In this document: piece after piece, positions 47,646 to 56,949 of the stretch
Layout of the letters: every line of letters starts with the position of its first letter
Numbering within the stretch: the first letter of the stretch is position 1
DNA from: a virus
Length of the DNA: 64,000 nt
Direction: 5' to 3' (one strand)
Virus record (IMG/VR): IMGVR_UViG_3300028394_000041
Coordinates: 1 to 64,000 of that record
Notes under the pieces: generated by a model
The model's database searches: none
What the model was told of the DNA's origin: nothing
Seen by the model: the letters and a program-made list of their open reading frames with translations, nothing else
Translations under genes and position numbers: made by a program

Positions 47646-48379
47646 GTAATTTTAACTTTTATTTTTGGTCTTGCTTTAATGTAAGAGGTAGGAACTCCAT
47701 GTATCCTCATGTTATTGAAAAATCATGGATAGACAATAGGTTTAATATATGGAAGAATTTTACATATAAAAGCGTTTGTAATCAGCTAGATAAAAACTAC
47801 AAGTACATTCTAGAAATTGACGAGATTAACTATGACTATACATCTAGTCTATTCAACGCCCTAAATGATGAAAAATTGATTCTATTAAAAAATACATTAA
47901 TTGAAAATAAGCTTGATACAACAAATAACATTATAGCAAGGATGGATTCAGATGATATGTATAGAAATGATGCAATTATCAAATTCAAAGAAACCTTCAT
48001 CAATAATCCAGATATAGAATATGTAATGATGAGCAAAGGGTATTTTATAAATATTAATACTTTTGAGATAAAAAGATACTACTCTCCATCTGGGCCATTT
48101 TTTGCTGCAAAAATTCCACAAAACTTAAACACTTATATATCTACAATGGATACGCCAATTTTTATTGGTCATGGTCAAGTAAAGCATAAACCATATAGAT
48201 TTATAGATGAAAATATGGCTATGGTAACGTCTCATGATTACAATACAGATCAATGGCAATTTAGACAAACAGCACAGCACACTTCAAATGTTGGAGTAGT
48301 TCGCATGCAAGAGGCAGAGTCTTGTTCAGAAGAAGAGCTCAGTAGGAAAGATTCAATCCTACAAACTTTTGGTTTATAA
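47642..48379 (+). CDS. putative rhamnosyltransferase-like GT-A protein
   Basis: RFNIW..FT.KSV.NQ.DK, ARMDSDD. Confidence 0.7.
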   Translation: MSNFNFYFWSCFNVRGRNSMYPHVIEKSWIDNRFNIWKNFTYKSVCNQLDKNYKYILEIDEINYDYTSSLFNALNDEKLILLKNTLIENKLDTTNNIIARMDSDDMYRNDAIIKFKETFINNPDIEYVMMSKGYFININTFEIKRYYSPSGPFFAAKIPQNLNTYISTMDTPIFIGHGQVKHKPYRFIDENMAMVTSHDYNTDQWQFRQTAQHTSNVGVVRMQEAESCSEEELSRKDSILQTFGL

Positions 48380-49386
48380 TGAAGATAGCTTTAATTTCTA
48401 ATGATACAAAAAATATTTTCCCTCATTATGGGAATGGTGGAACTCAATCCTGCGTTGAAAATTTAGCGGTTGGATTGCATGAGGCAAATAAAGATTTTTT
48501 TATTATTTGCCCCAAAAGAAAATACAAAAATGATATTCATTATCCATTTAAAATAATTGAAGCAGATTTCTTTCCAAAAGAAGATGAAATCAAAAATAAT
48601 AAAACTTACGAAGAAGCAATAAATGAAATAGTATCTTCAGAAAAACCAGACTTAGTTTTAACTCAACAACAAGAGCTTCTTAATGATCAAAATCTAGGAA
48701 ACTGTAAATTAATAACAACTAGACATGATAGTGGAGATAAGAATAAAGAGTTAATTTATAATCCCAATATAAAGTATAGATTCATTTCACAAAACCAATA
48801 CAATACTTGGGTAAGATCAGAAGACGATAAAAAATGTTCATTTTGGTGTTATACTGGATTTTCTGATCAAGAATATGATTTAAATTTAAAACCAGAAGAT
48901 TATTATCTATGGGTAGGAAGTTTTGGTTGGGGATGGGAAGCTAAGGGACTTAATATATTTATTGAACTGGCCAACTATTTTAAAGAAAAAAACTTCGTTA
49001 TTTATGGATGTGGAAATCCACCAATAGAAGAACTAGTCTTAAACTCGGTTAAAGATAATAAAAATATATACTACGGAGGTATGCTGAAAAGAGGAGATCA
49101 ACACAAGAAGGTTTTTAAAAATGCAAAATGTCTAGTGCAATTATCAAATATGAATGAAGCATATGGACGAACAACCGTAGAAGCTATGACTAAAGGCACA
49201 CCAGTAATAACTAATTTTAATGGAGCTAATCCAGAAATTGTTGGCACAGGAGGCTTAAGAATAAACTCTGGAGATGAACTATTGAATGCTATAGAAAAAG
49301 TTGGCAGTCTAGACAGAGAGGAAGTTTTTAATTATTCAAAAAAATTTCATGTTAAGCACGAAGTAAGGATTTTAACAAATGTTTAG
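48379..49386 (+). CDS. GT4-family glycosyltransferase
   Basis: GNGGTQ, KG, EAYGRTTVEAMTKGTPVI. Confidence 0.88.
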   Translation: MKIALISNDTKNIFPHYGNGGTQSCVENLAVGLHEANKDFFIICPKRKYKNDIHYPFKIIEADFFPKEDEIKNNKTYEEAINEIVSSEKPDLVLTQQQELLNDQNLGNCKLITTRHDSGDKNKELIYNPNIKYRFISQNQYNTWVRSEDDKKCSFWCYTGFSDQEYDLNLKPEDYYLWVGSFGWGWEAKGLNIFIELANYFKEKNFVIYGCGNPPIEELVLNSVKDNKNIYYGGMLKRGDQHKKVFKNAKCLVQLSNMNEAYGRTTVEAMTKGTPVITNFNGANPEIVGTGGLRINSGDELLNAIEKVGSLDREEVFNYSKKFHVKHEVRILTNV

Positions 49387-49825
49387 ATTAAGAAAAATGC
49401 AAGAATCCGATGTATCATTCTTCAATCAAACGAGGAATGAATGTAGAGAGTTCCTTCATGATAATTCCTATTATAGTTATGAGCAAAGCTTGGAGTGGTT
49501 CAGATCAAAGAATCCAAATTTTTATATATTAGAATTAAATAATGAAAAAATCGGATATTTTAGAACAAGCATAAATGAAGACAATGAGCTATATATTGGG
49601 GCTGATATAAATACCAAATACAGAGGAAAGGGTCATGCTAAAGAAGCCTACCAAATGTTTATGGATTTAATTAAAATTGAATATGAAGGAAGAGACTTGT
49701 ATCTTGAAGTATTTGAATCGAACACAAGGGCGCATAATCTATATAAAAAGCTTGGCTTTTTTGAAATAAATAGATATAATCTACAAAGAGGAATCAGTAT
49801 TAAAATGAAAAAATCAAATATATGA
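49379..49825 (+). CDS. GNAT acetyltransferase (PseH-like)
   Basis: YRGKGHA, LEVFESNTRA.NLYKKLGF. Confidence 0.85.
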   Translation: MFRLRKMQESDVSFFNQTRNECREFLHDNSYYSYEQSLEWFRSKNPNFYILELNNEKIGYFRTSINEDNELYIGADINTKYRGKGHAKEAYQMFMDLIKIEYEGRDLYLEVFESNTRAHNLYKKLGFFEINRYNLQRGISIKMKKSNI

Positions 49826-50865
49826 ATTTAGAATCTGATTTAAAATATATAGTAGATAACTTAGGCAAGAAAGACGTATCTAAATTTAAAAATAAGACAA
49901 TCCTACTTACTGGAAGCGGTGGTTTCTTGGGTAGATGGTTCGTTCAAATCTTTGATTTCTTAAATGAAAAATATTTAAATAATACTCTAAAAGTAATATG
50001 CTTAGAGTCTCATGTAGTAAACGATAACAATATTACGCATAAGTCGATAAAAATAGATATCACAAAACCATTTGAACAAGAATTAAACGACAATAATATT
50101 AAAAATATAGATTATGTATTAAATTGTGCTGGCGTAGCTAGTCCAGAAAAATATCAAAAGCTTCCTATCGAAACTTTAGATGTATCTTATTTAGGAACAA
50201 AAAATATACTAGATTTATCATTCAAATATAAAATAGAAAGCATCATGCTATTTTCTTCTAGCGAAGTTTATGGAACACCAAGGAAAGATGCTATACCTAC
50301 AAAAGAGACATATATAGGCTCTATACCAACCACAAGTAATAGAAGCTGTTATGATATAGGCAAGCAAGTTTTAGAAACGTTAGGGTATGTTTATTTTAAT
50401 AAGTTTAAAACTCCAATTAAAACAGTAAGACCATTTAATATATATGGACCATTTATGGACGTAAACGATAAAAGAGTTCTTCCTAATTTTGTTAAAAGTT
50501 TCATAAAAAATGAACCTATTAAAATCTATGGAGATGGAAAACAAACAAGAACATTTTGCTATATAGCAGATTCTATGGTAATGTTTTTAAAGATTTTATT
50601 AAATGGAAAAAACGGAGAATGTTATAATATAGGCAATCCAAATCCAGAAATTTCAATGATTAAATTAGCTAAACTATTTTATAAGTCTTTGGGAAGCAAC
50701 GATTGCTCTCAATTAATTCCATATCCAAACGCTTACCCATCAGATGAACCTCTCAGAAGATGCCCAGACATATCTAAAACAATTAAAATTACAAAATTTA
50801 AACCTAAAATTAAACTTGAAGATGGAATTAAGAAAATGTTTGATTATATAAAATTATCATCATGA
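49822..50865 (+). CDS. NAD-dependent epimerase/dehydratase, UDP-glucuronate decarboxylase-like
   Basis: TGSGGFLG, ASP..Y, SSSEVYG, RSCYDIGK, FNIYGP, GDGKQTRTFCY, RRCPDI. Confidence 0.85.
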   Translation: MNLESDLKYIVDNLGKKDVSKFKNKTILLTGSGGFLGRWFVQIFDFLNEKYLNNTLKVICLESHVVNDNNITHKSIKIDITKPFEQELNDNNIKNIDYVLNCAGVASPEKYQKLPIETLDVSYLGTKNILDLSFKYKIESIMLFSSSEVYGTPRKDAIPTKETYIGSIPTTSNRSCYDIGKQVLETLGYVYFNKFKTPIKTVRPFNIYGPFMDVNDKRVLPNFVKSFIKNEPIKIYGDGKQTRTFCYIADSMVMFLKILLNGKNGECYNIGNPNPEISMIKLAKLFYKSLGSNDCSQLIPYPNAYPSDEPLRRCPDISKTIKITKFKPKIKLEDGIKKMFDYIKLSS

Positions 50866-51509
50866 TGGATCTTCCTCTCGAAGAATTTATTAATAATTCA
50901 AGTCCTCATACAGAAAAGAATAGCGCACCACCATATTCACATGCAGATAGACATAGATGGGAAAGTATGATACTGTATTCTGTAAAAGACAAATTAAAGA
51001 ATGATGTAAAATTAATTGATAATGGATGTGGAAATCCTGGAACTTTGGCCATATCTCTTAATAATAGATATCCAGAATCTAAGTATTACGGTTTAGATGT
51101 TATGCATAGTGTTGAAAATAAAGATTTTGATACGCAAAAATACATTGGGCATATTTCTAATTTAGATTATATTATAGATAAAGTTGATTGTATGGTTGCT
51201 GGAAGCGTATTAACTCATTTAGTTTGGGAAGATACGCTTGAATTACTAAATAAATGCAAACCATTATTTGAGAATGGTGGAGAATTTGGTTTTTCTATAT
51301 TTAAAGGGGATAGTTATAATTTATATTCTAAAGACCCAAACGGATTGTATTATCATGTTGTTGAGCTTCCAATTGAATATTTAGAAAATTACTGCAAGGA
51401 CAATAATTTAAAATTAAAATTATTAGATTTTTACTTTGAAATGGACCATCATATTGAATATGACAATAAGACATTTAAAATACAGAACTTCTGTAATATA
51501 AGCAAATGA
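50862..51509 (+). CDS. class I SAM-dependent methyltransferase
   Basis: LIDNGCG, YYGLDV, SVLTHL. Confidence 0.75.
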   Translation: MMDLPLEEFINNSSPHTEKNSAPPYSHADRHRWESMILYSVKDKLKNDVKLIDNGCGNPGTLAISLNNRYPESKYYGLDVMHSVENKDFDTQKYIGHISNLDYIIDKVDCMVAGSVLTHLVWEDTLELLNKCKPLFENGGEFGFSIFKGDSYNLYSKDPNGLYYHVVELPIEYLENYCKDNNLKLKLLDFYFEMDHHIEYDNKTFKIQNFCNISK

Positions 51510-52591
51510 TACCATTATTTAAACTACATAAACCTAAAAACATTGGTCAAGTACTAGAGCAAGTTTTTGACTCAGGCTTCTTAACAGAAGGAGAATATTC
51601 AGACAGATTTGAATTGGAATTTGGCAAATTCATTGGAAATGAAAATATGTGTCTTGTTAATAGCTGTACATCAGCTATAGCTTTGGCTGCGCATATTATA
51701 GGCATAAAACCTGGAGACGAAGTAATCACAACTGCTATGACTTGCATGGCTACAAATGAACCATTTTTTAATTTAGGCGCAAGGCTAGTTTTCGCAGACG
51801 TTAACAAAGAAAATGGGAATATTGATGTAAAAGATATTGAAAGAAAAATTACCTCAAAAACAAAAGCAATTGTAGTTGTGCATTGGGCTGGGCTTCCAGT
51901 AGAATTAGATGAGATACATGAAATTGCGAAAAAACATTCAATAAAAGTAGTAGAAGATGGTGCACACGCTTTAAGAGCAGAATACAAGGGTAAAAGAATC
52001 GGCAATCATAGCGATTTCGTTTGCTTTTCTTTTCAAGCCATCAAGCATTTAACTACAGCAGATGGCGGAGCAATTGCATGTAAATCAAAAGATGATGCAA
52101 TTAGGATTAGAAAATTAAGATGGTTTGGCCTAGATAGAGGCATTAAAGGCATGCAAAGATGGACACAAGATATTCCAGAAAGTGGATTCAAGTATCACAT
52201 GAATAATTTAAATGCAGCAATTGGCTTAGAACAATTAAAATATATTGATGAATTGATTAACAAGCATATAGAAAATGGTATCTACTATAATCAAAATATA
52301 AATAATCCAAAAGTACAAAAAATCCCTCAAAATGAATATTCTCAATCAGCATATTGGATGTACTCTCTTCTCGTTGAAGACAGAACTCATTTTCAAAAAT
52401 ATTTATCTGAAAATGGAATAGGATCAGATTATGTTCATATAAGAAATGATCAATATAGCGTGTTCAAAGACTTCAAAATTGAATTACCAGGGATGGACTA
52501 TTTTGAATCAAGGTTAATGAATATACCAGTTGGATGGTGGTTAAGTAAAGAGGATAGAGATAAAATAGTTTCAACAATTAATCAATACTAA
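51506..52591 (+). CDS. DegT/DnrJ/EryC1/StrS sugar aminotransferase (perosamine synthase-like)
   Basis: NSCTSA, VVHWAG, EDGAHA, FSFQAIKHLTTADGG. Confidence 0.92.
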   Translation: MIPLFKLHKPKNIGQVLEQVFDSGFLTEGEYSDRFELEFGKFIGNENMCLVNSCTSAIALAAHIIGIKPGDEVITTAMTCMATNEPFFNLGARLVFADVNKENGNIDVKDIERKITSKTKAIVVVHWAGLPVELDEIHEIAKKHSIKVVEDGAHALRAEYKGKRIGNHSDFVCFSFQAIKHLTTADGGAIACKSKDDAIRIRKLRWFGLDRGIKGMQRWTQDIPESGFKYHMNNLNAAIGLEQLKYIDELINKHIENGIYYNQNINNPKVQKIPQNEYSQSAYWMYSLLVEDRTHFQKYLSENGIGSDYVHIRNDQYSVFKDFKIELPGMDYFESRLMNIPVGWWLSKEDRDKIVSTINQY

Positions 52592-52592
52592 A

Positions 52593-53606
52593 ATGATTCA
52601 TTCTTTGGCAGAGCTTAAAGATAAAGTTAAATGCACTTCTTCAGATGAAGCGGAAAAATTAGCAAGCGTTGCTGGTTTTGTAGCCGCAAGAGGAACGGAT
52701 GATTCGGATTTTAGTTACTTAACTGGTAAAGAAATATTTCAACCAGACACAGGACATATACTTAGATATTTAGAAGTTAGTCCAGAAAAATATCACTGGA
52801 TTGGACATTCAGAATTTTCTTGGTTCGTGGGAGAAGCCTTGCCAGTAATTTACGGACTGTTCTTAAAAAAACATTTGGAGTATTTAGTTTCTTTTGAAGG
52901 CTCTGAGCCGTATCTATTTTTCTTGCCAAAGGATAAATACTTAATCTCTTCTGGATGCGAAGTAGGTACTTTAGGTGGATCGCCACCTTATTTAGGAAAT
53001 CCTATTTACGAAAAAGAGTACAAATCTATAAGTCCGTATTGGACACCGCCACCATTAAAAGACTTTTATAAAGACAAAATTAAATTTAATTTTACCAAAC
53101 CTCTATTAATTATAAATAATAAATTAACAGATGAATGGTCAGGCAGACCAATAAACTGCTTTCACAGCAATGAATTAGAAAAATTATTGCAAATTCTTGA
53201 TAACAAATACGCAATAGGTTACATTAGAGCATTAGGAAACGAAAACGGATTTTGTAACGATGGAAGCGTTATGGAAAAAAGCAATGATTTTGAAATTGTA
53301 CGAAATAATTGTTCTGAATCTGTTCTTATTCAAGATTTAATGCATGATTTAAGAATAAATTTTAATTTGGCTCAATGCTTGATGCATGCTCAAAGTGATT
53401 TACATATATCTTCTGCTGGAGGAAATGCCATCCTCGCTAGTTATTTTGGAGGAAAAAATATAATGATAGGCAGAGGACAATATTTTAATGATAGAAAAGT
53501 GTGGGGAGAAGACTCCTGGCTTAAAAATTTATCTGGGTCCCAAATGCTACATCTAGATTTGGAGCCAAACAGTAACTGGGAAGAAAAAATAAAAGATCTA
53601 CTCTAA
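52593..53606 (+). CDS. hypothetical protein, possible GT-B glycosyltransferase
   Basis: position in operon; EF.W...P, ISSAGGNAILASY pattern. Confidence 0.5.
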   Translation: MIHSLAELKDKVKCTSSDEAEKLASVAGFVAARGTDDSDFSYLTGKEIFQPDTGHILRYLEVSPEKYHWIGHSEFSWFVGEALPVIYGLFLKKHLEYLVSFEGSEPYLFFLPKDKYLISSGCEVGTLGGSPPYLGNPIYEKEYKSISPYWTPPPLKDFYKDKIKFNFTKPLLIINNKLTDEWSGRPINCFHSNELEKLLQILDNKYAIGYIRALGNENGFCNDGSVMEKSNDFEIVRNNCSESVLIQDLMHDLRINFNLAQCLMHAQSDLHISSAGGNAILASYFGGKNIMIGRGQYFNDRKVWGEDSWLKNLSGSQMLHLDLEPNSNWEEKIKDLL

Positions 53607-53607
53607 T

Positions 53608-54753
53608 ATGAGCAGTAACTTTCAAGAAACTTATTACGGCAAGAAAATAGATACAGCTAATATTTTGAATATTGAAGATGCTAGTAAAATTATAAAAGGA
53701 AGAAAAACTGTAGTTGTAACTGGAGTAACTGGGCAAGATGGAAGCCACATGGTAGACTTTCTTTTAAAAAATACAGATTTACTAATTTTCGGAGGAGTTA
53801 GAAGACTCAGTGTATACAATCACGAAAATGTTAAACATATTCAATCGGACAGATTTCATTTGATTAATTTTGATCTTACTGATTCTCATGCTATAGCTCG
53901 AACAGTTGAAAAACTCCAACCAGATTATTTTATAAATTTCGCAGCTCAAAGTTTTGTTGCTAGTAGCTGGGATTTTGCGAAACAAACTTGGGCAACAAAT
54001 TCAACCAGTGTTCTAGACATACTCGAAGCTATTAGACTTTACAAACCATCTTGTAGATTATATCAAGCTGGCTCTAGTGAAGAGTTTGGAAACGTATTAT
54101 ATAGCCCACAAGATGAAAAGCACCCATTAAGACCAAGAAGTCCATATGGAGCAAGCAAAGCCGCCTCTAGACAATTAATTAAAGTATATAGAGACTCTTA
54201 TAATCTTTATGCTATTCAAGGGTGGTTATTTAATCACGAAGGAACTCGTAGGGGCGAAGAATTTGTAACAAGAAAAATAACTAAAAACATAGCAAGGATT
54301 TTTAATGCTTTAAAAAACAATCAAGAATTTAAACCTCTTGAGCTAGGCAATATGGACGCTAAAAGAGATTGGAGCGATGCTGAAGATTTTATCGAAGGCG
54401 TATGGATGATGTTGAACCAAGATAGCTATAATCATAACTATGATGGAATAGCTCAAGACTACGTCTTTTCGTCCGATGAAACTCATACTATTAAGGAGTT
54501 TGTGGAAAAAGCTTTTGCTGTAGCTGGGGTTCATGGTAATTGGTTAGGTGAAAATGAACATGCTATGTACATATCAAATGAAAATAAGATATTAGTACAA
54601 GTTAATCCTAAATTCTATAGGCCTGCAGAAGTAGAATTATTACTAGGCAACTCTAATAAAGCCAGAGAAGAACTAGGTTGGAAGCCAAAAATTTCATTTG
54701 ACAAATTAATAGAAAAGATGGTATTATGGGACATTGAAAATTACAAGCCATAA
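53608..54753 (+). CDS. gmd: GDP-mannose 4,6-dehydratase
   Basis: TGVTGQDGS, AAQSFV, SSEEFG, PRSPYGASK, FNHE..RRG.EFVTRKI, LGN.DAKRDW, RPAEV. Confidence 0.95.
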   Translation: MSSNFQETYYGKKIDTANILNIEDASKIIKGRKTVVVTGVTGQDGSHMVDFLLKNTDLLIFGGVRRLSVYNHENVKHIQSDRFHLINFDLTDSHAIARTVEKLQPDYFINFAAQSFVASSWDFAKQTWATNSTSVLDILEAIRLYKPSCRLYQAGSSEEFGNVLYSPQDEKHPLRPRSPYGASKAASRQLIKVYRDSYNLYAIQGWLFNHEGTRRGEEFVTRKITKNIARIFNALKNNQEFKPLELGNMDAKRDWSDAEDFIEGVWMMLNQDSYNHNYDGIAQDYVFSSDETHTIKEFVEKAFAVAGVHGNWLGENEHAMYISNENKILVQVNPKFYRPAEVELLLGNSNKAREELGWKPKISFDKLIEKMVLWDIENYKP

Positions 54754-55075
54754 ACTCTGTCAATTTATAATTAAAAAATACATTAATCAAAAAATAGATT
54801 GGCCAAGAGAAATTAAAATAGCTCAAAAATTAATCAAAACCTATAAAGGTTATTCATTTTGGAATGGCCTCAAGCCTGCCAACTTACCTAGTTTAGCTTT
54901 TTTTTTGACAGAGGATGGCAAGAAGTTTATAGCTATGGAAAAAATGAAAGATAATCTAGAGCTAGATAAACCAATTAAATTTGAAATAGAAGAAATAAAA
55001 GTTGGTGAAGATAAAAAAGTTTGCAAAAAACCTAAAAGTCTGTTAGACTTTATAAACTATGGGAAGAAAACCTAA
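54734..55075 (+). CDS. hypothetical protein
   Basis: TTG start 6 nt after TTGACA-18-TATTAT. Confidence 0.6.
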   Translation: MKITSHKLCQFIIKKYINQKIDWPREIKIAQKLIKTYKGYSFWNGLKPANLPSLAFFLTEDGKKFIAMEKMKDNLELDKPIKFEIEEIKVGEDKKVCKKPKSLLDFINYGKKT

Positions 55076-56204
55076 AGAACAAGAGCCAGTACAAGATACT
55101 GGGCCAAGCGCAAAGAGTAGACTGTCTTCATTTTTAAAAGAAAATAAAGATGATCATTATAATTACGAAGAAGAAGTTTATTATAAGGTATCTACTGGAA
55201 GCTTAAATCTAGATATTGCAACAAGCGGAGGACTATGTCCAGGATTACATAGATTTATTGGAATGAATGAAGGCGGAAAAACTTCAGAGGCGTTAGAGGT
55301 CATGAAGAATTTCCTTAAGACGGTAAAAGATTCCAAAGCTCTTTTATTTAAAGCGGAAGGAAGATTAAGTAAAGAAATCAAAGAAAGATCTGGAATAAAG
55401 TTCGTAACCTCTGCGGAAGAATGGGAAGATGGAACATGTTTCGTTTTTGAATGCAATATTTTTGAAACAGTTTCTGAGCTTATGAAAGACCTAATTCAAA
55501 ATAATGATGAAGGCAAAAGATATATGTTCGTCCTAGATTCTGTTGACGGTTTGATGACAAAAGGTGATAGTCTTAAAAATATGACAGAAGCCACAAAAGT
55601 TGCAGGAGGAGCAGTAATATCTTCAATGCTTATGAAAAGAATATCATTAGCTCTTTCTAAGCGTGGACACATGGCTATATTTATTAGCCAAGTTCGTTCA
55701 GACATTAAACTCGATCCATATGCTGCAAATAAAGATATTAGACAGACTACCGCAACTGGTGGAAACGCATTACTACATTTTGCAAATTGGATTCTTGAAT
55801 TTGAACCAAAGTTTGGCAAAGACCTTATCCTCGAAAAACCAAACGAAAGATACGATCAAGTCAAGAATAAGATCATTGGGCATAATGTTAAAATCATTAT
55901 TAAAAAGTCAACTAATGAGACTACTAATTCAAAAGTTCAATACCCTATCAAATATGGTAGAAAAGATGGATCTTCAGTGTGGAGAGAATATGAAATCATC
56001 GATCAAATTCTTTCTTGGGAATTTGCGGTTGCTAAAGGTGCATGGGTTACTTTTTCAGATCAAACGATAGAAGAACTTAAAAAAGTAAATCTAGACTTAA
56101 AAAAGCAACACCAAGGGATAGATAATCTTAGATCTTATTTGGAAGAAAATAAACCTTTGGTAGATTTCTTTTATAGTAAATTCATTAATACTCTAGCTCT
56201 ATGA
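55059..56204 (+). CDS. recA: RecA/UvsX-like recombinase
   Basis: STGSLNLDIA, GMNEGGKT, VLDSV, FISQVR, TGGNAL.HFA, GAW. Confidence 0.85.
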   Translation: MGRKPKEQEPVQDTGPSAKSRLSSFLKENKDDHYNYEEEVYYKVSTGSLNLDIATSGGLCPGLHRFIGMNEGGKTSEALEVMKNFLKTVKDSKALLFKAEGRLSKEIKERSGIKFVTSAEEWEDGTCFVFECNIFETVSELMKDLIQNNDEGKRYMFVLDSVDGLMTKGDSLKNMTEATKVAGGAVISSMLMKRISLALSKRGHMAIFISQVRSDIKLDPYAANKDIRQTTATGGNALLHFANWILEFEPKFGKDLILEKPNERYDQVKNKIIGHNVKIIIKKSTNETTNSKVQYPIKYGRKDGSSVWREYEIIDQILSWEFAVAKGAWVTFSDQTIEELKKVNLDLKKQHQGIDNLRSYLEENKPLVDFFYSKFINTLAL

Positions 56205-56620
56205 GGCTTTTAAATGTTAACGGAAAACTCGTTAACAAGAACGTTAGAAGGTACTTGATTAATTGGGAAGCAAAAAGTAGGAGTAAGCTTCAATATAACT
56301 TTAAATCATTCTTTTATCCTTATTGGAAAAATCATATAGTTTACGAAGAATTCCCAGTCTATGGAAGTATGCTTAAAATAGATTTATTAAATGCTACAAA
56401 AAAGATAGCCGTGGAGATACAAGGAGCACAACATGAATCATTTAATAAATTCTTTCATGATAATTCAAGGTTAAAATACCTTGAAAGTATTAAAAGGGAT
56501 GTAAAAAAAGAAAAATGGATCGATTCAAATCAATTTAAATTCTTAGAGCTTTATGAAGATGACCTTCAAAAAATATCACCACAATATATAGAAGAAAAGT
56601 GTGGAGTGCTTATTGTTTAA
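56201..56620 (+). CDS. PD-(D/E)XK / Vsr-like endonuclease
   Basis: EEF.V, ID, IAVEIQG.QH, RD..K..W. Confidence 0.7.
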   Translation: MRLLNVNGKLVNKNVRRYLINWEAKSRSKLQYNFKSFFYPYWKNHIVYEEFPVYGSMLKIDLLNATKKIAVEIQGAQHESFNKFFHDNSRLKYLESIKRDVKKEKWIDSNQFKFLELYEDDLQKISPQYIEEKCGVLIV

Positions 56621-56635
56621 GTGTAAAACTTTATA

Positions 56636-56908
56636 GTGACTAATAAGAAGAAATTTAATTTCCCAGAATCTTTATTAAAACAGATTGATGAGTGCAGTTA
56701 CGGTGGATATATCTTATTCAATTTCTCTGCAAAAGGTGAACCACAAGTATATACAAAATTCGATAATCAAATAAATGCTATGGCTCTTTTATATTATTTA
56801 AATACATGGGGTCAAAGTGTAGATCAGTTAAACTTTGAAGCAACCACAGATTTAATTAATAGAAATAACGAAAAAGAAGATAAAGAAGATAACGACGAGG
56901 ATAGTTAA
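56636..56908 (+). CDS. hypothetical protein
   Basis: GTG start 9 nt after GTGTAA. Confidence 0.65.
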   Translation: MTNKKKFNFPESLLKQIDECSYGGYILFNFSAKGEPQVYTKFDNQINAMALLYYLNTWGQSVDQLNFEATTDLINRNNEKEDKEDNDEDS

Positions 56909-56949
56909 AACTTGACTTTTAATTTTTAGTTTGGTATCATGTATATTGA

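Noticed and set aside
11305-56070. Antisense and alternate-frame ORFs from the track (e.g. 11305-11649, 13596-13898, 40340-40657, 40545-40877, 51547-52005, 55663-56070)
   Set aside because: They overlap well-supported genes, lack promoters or motifs, and read as shadow frames
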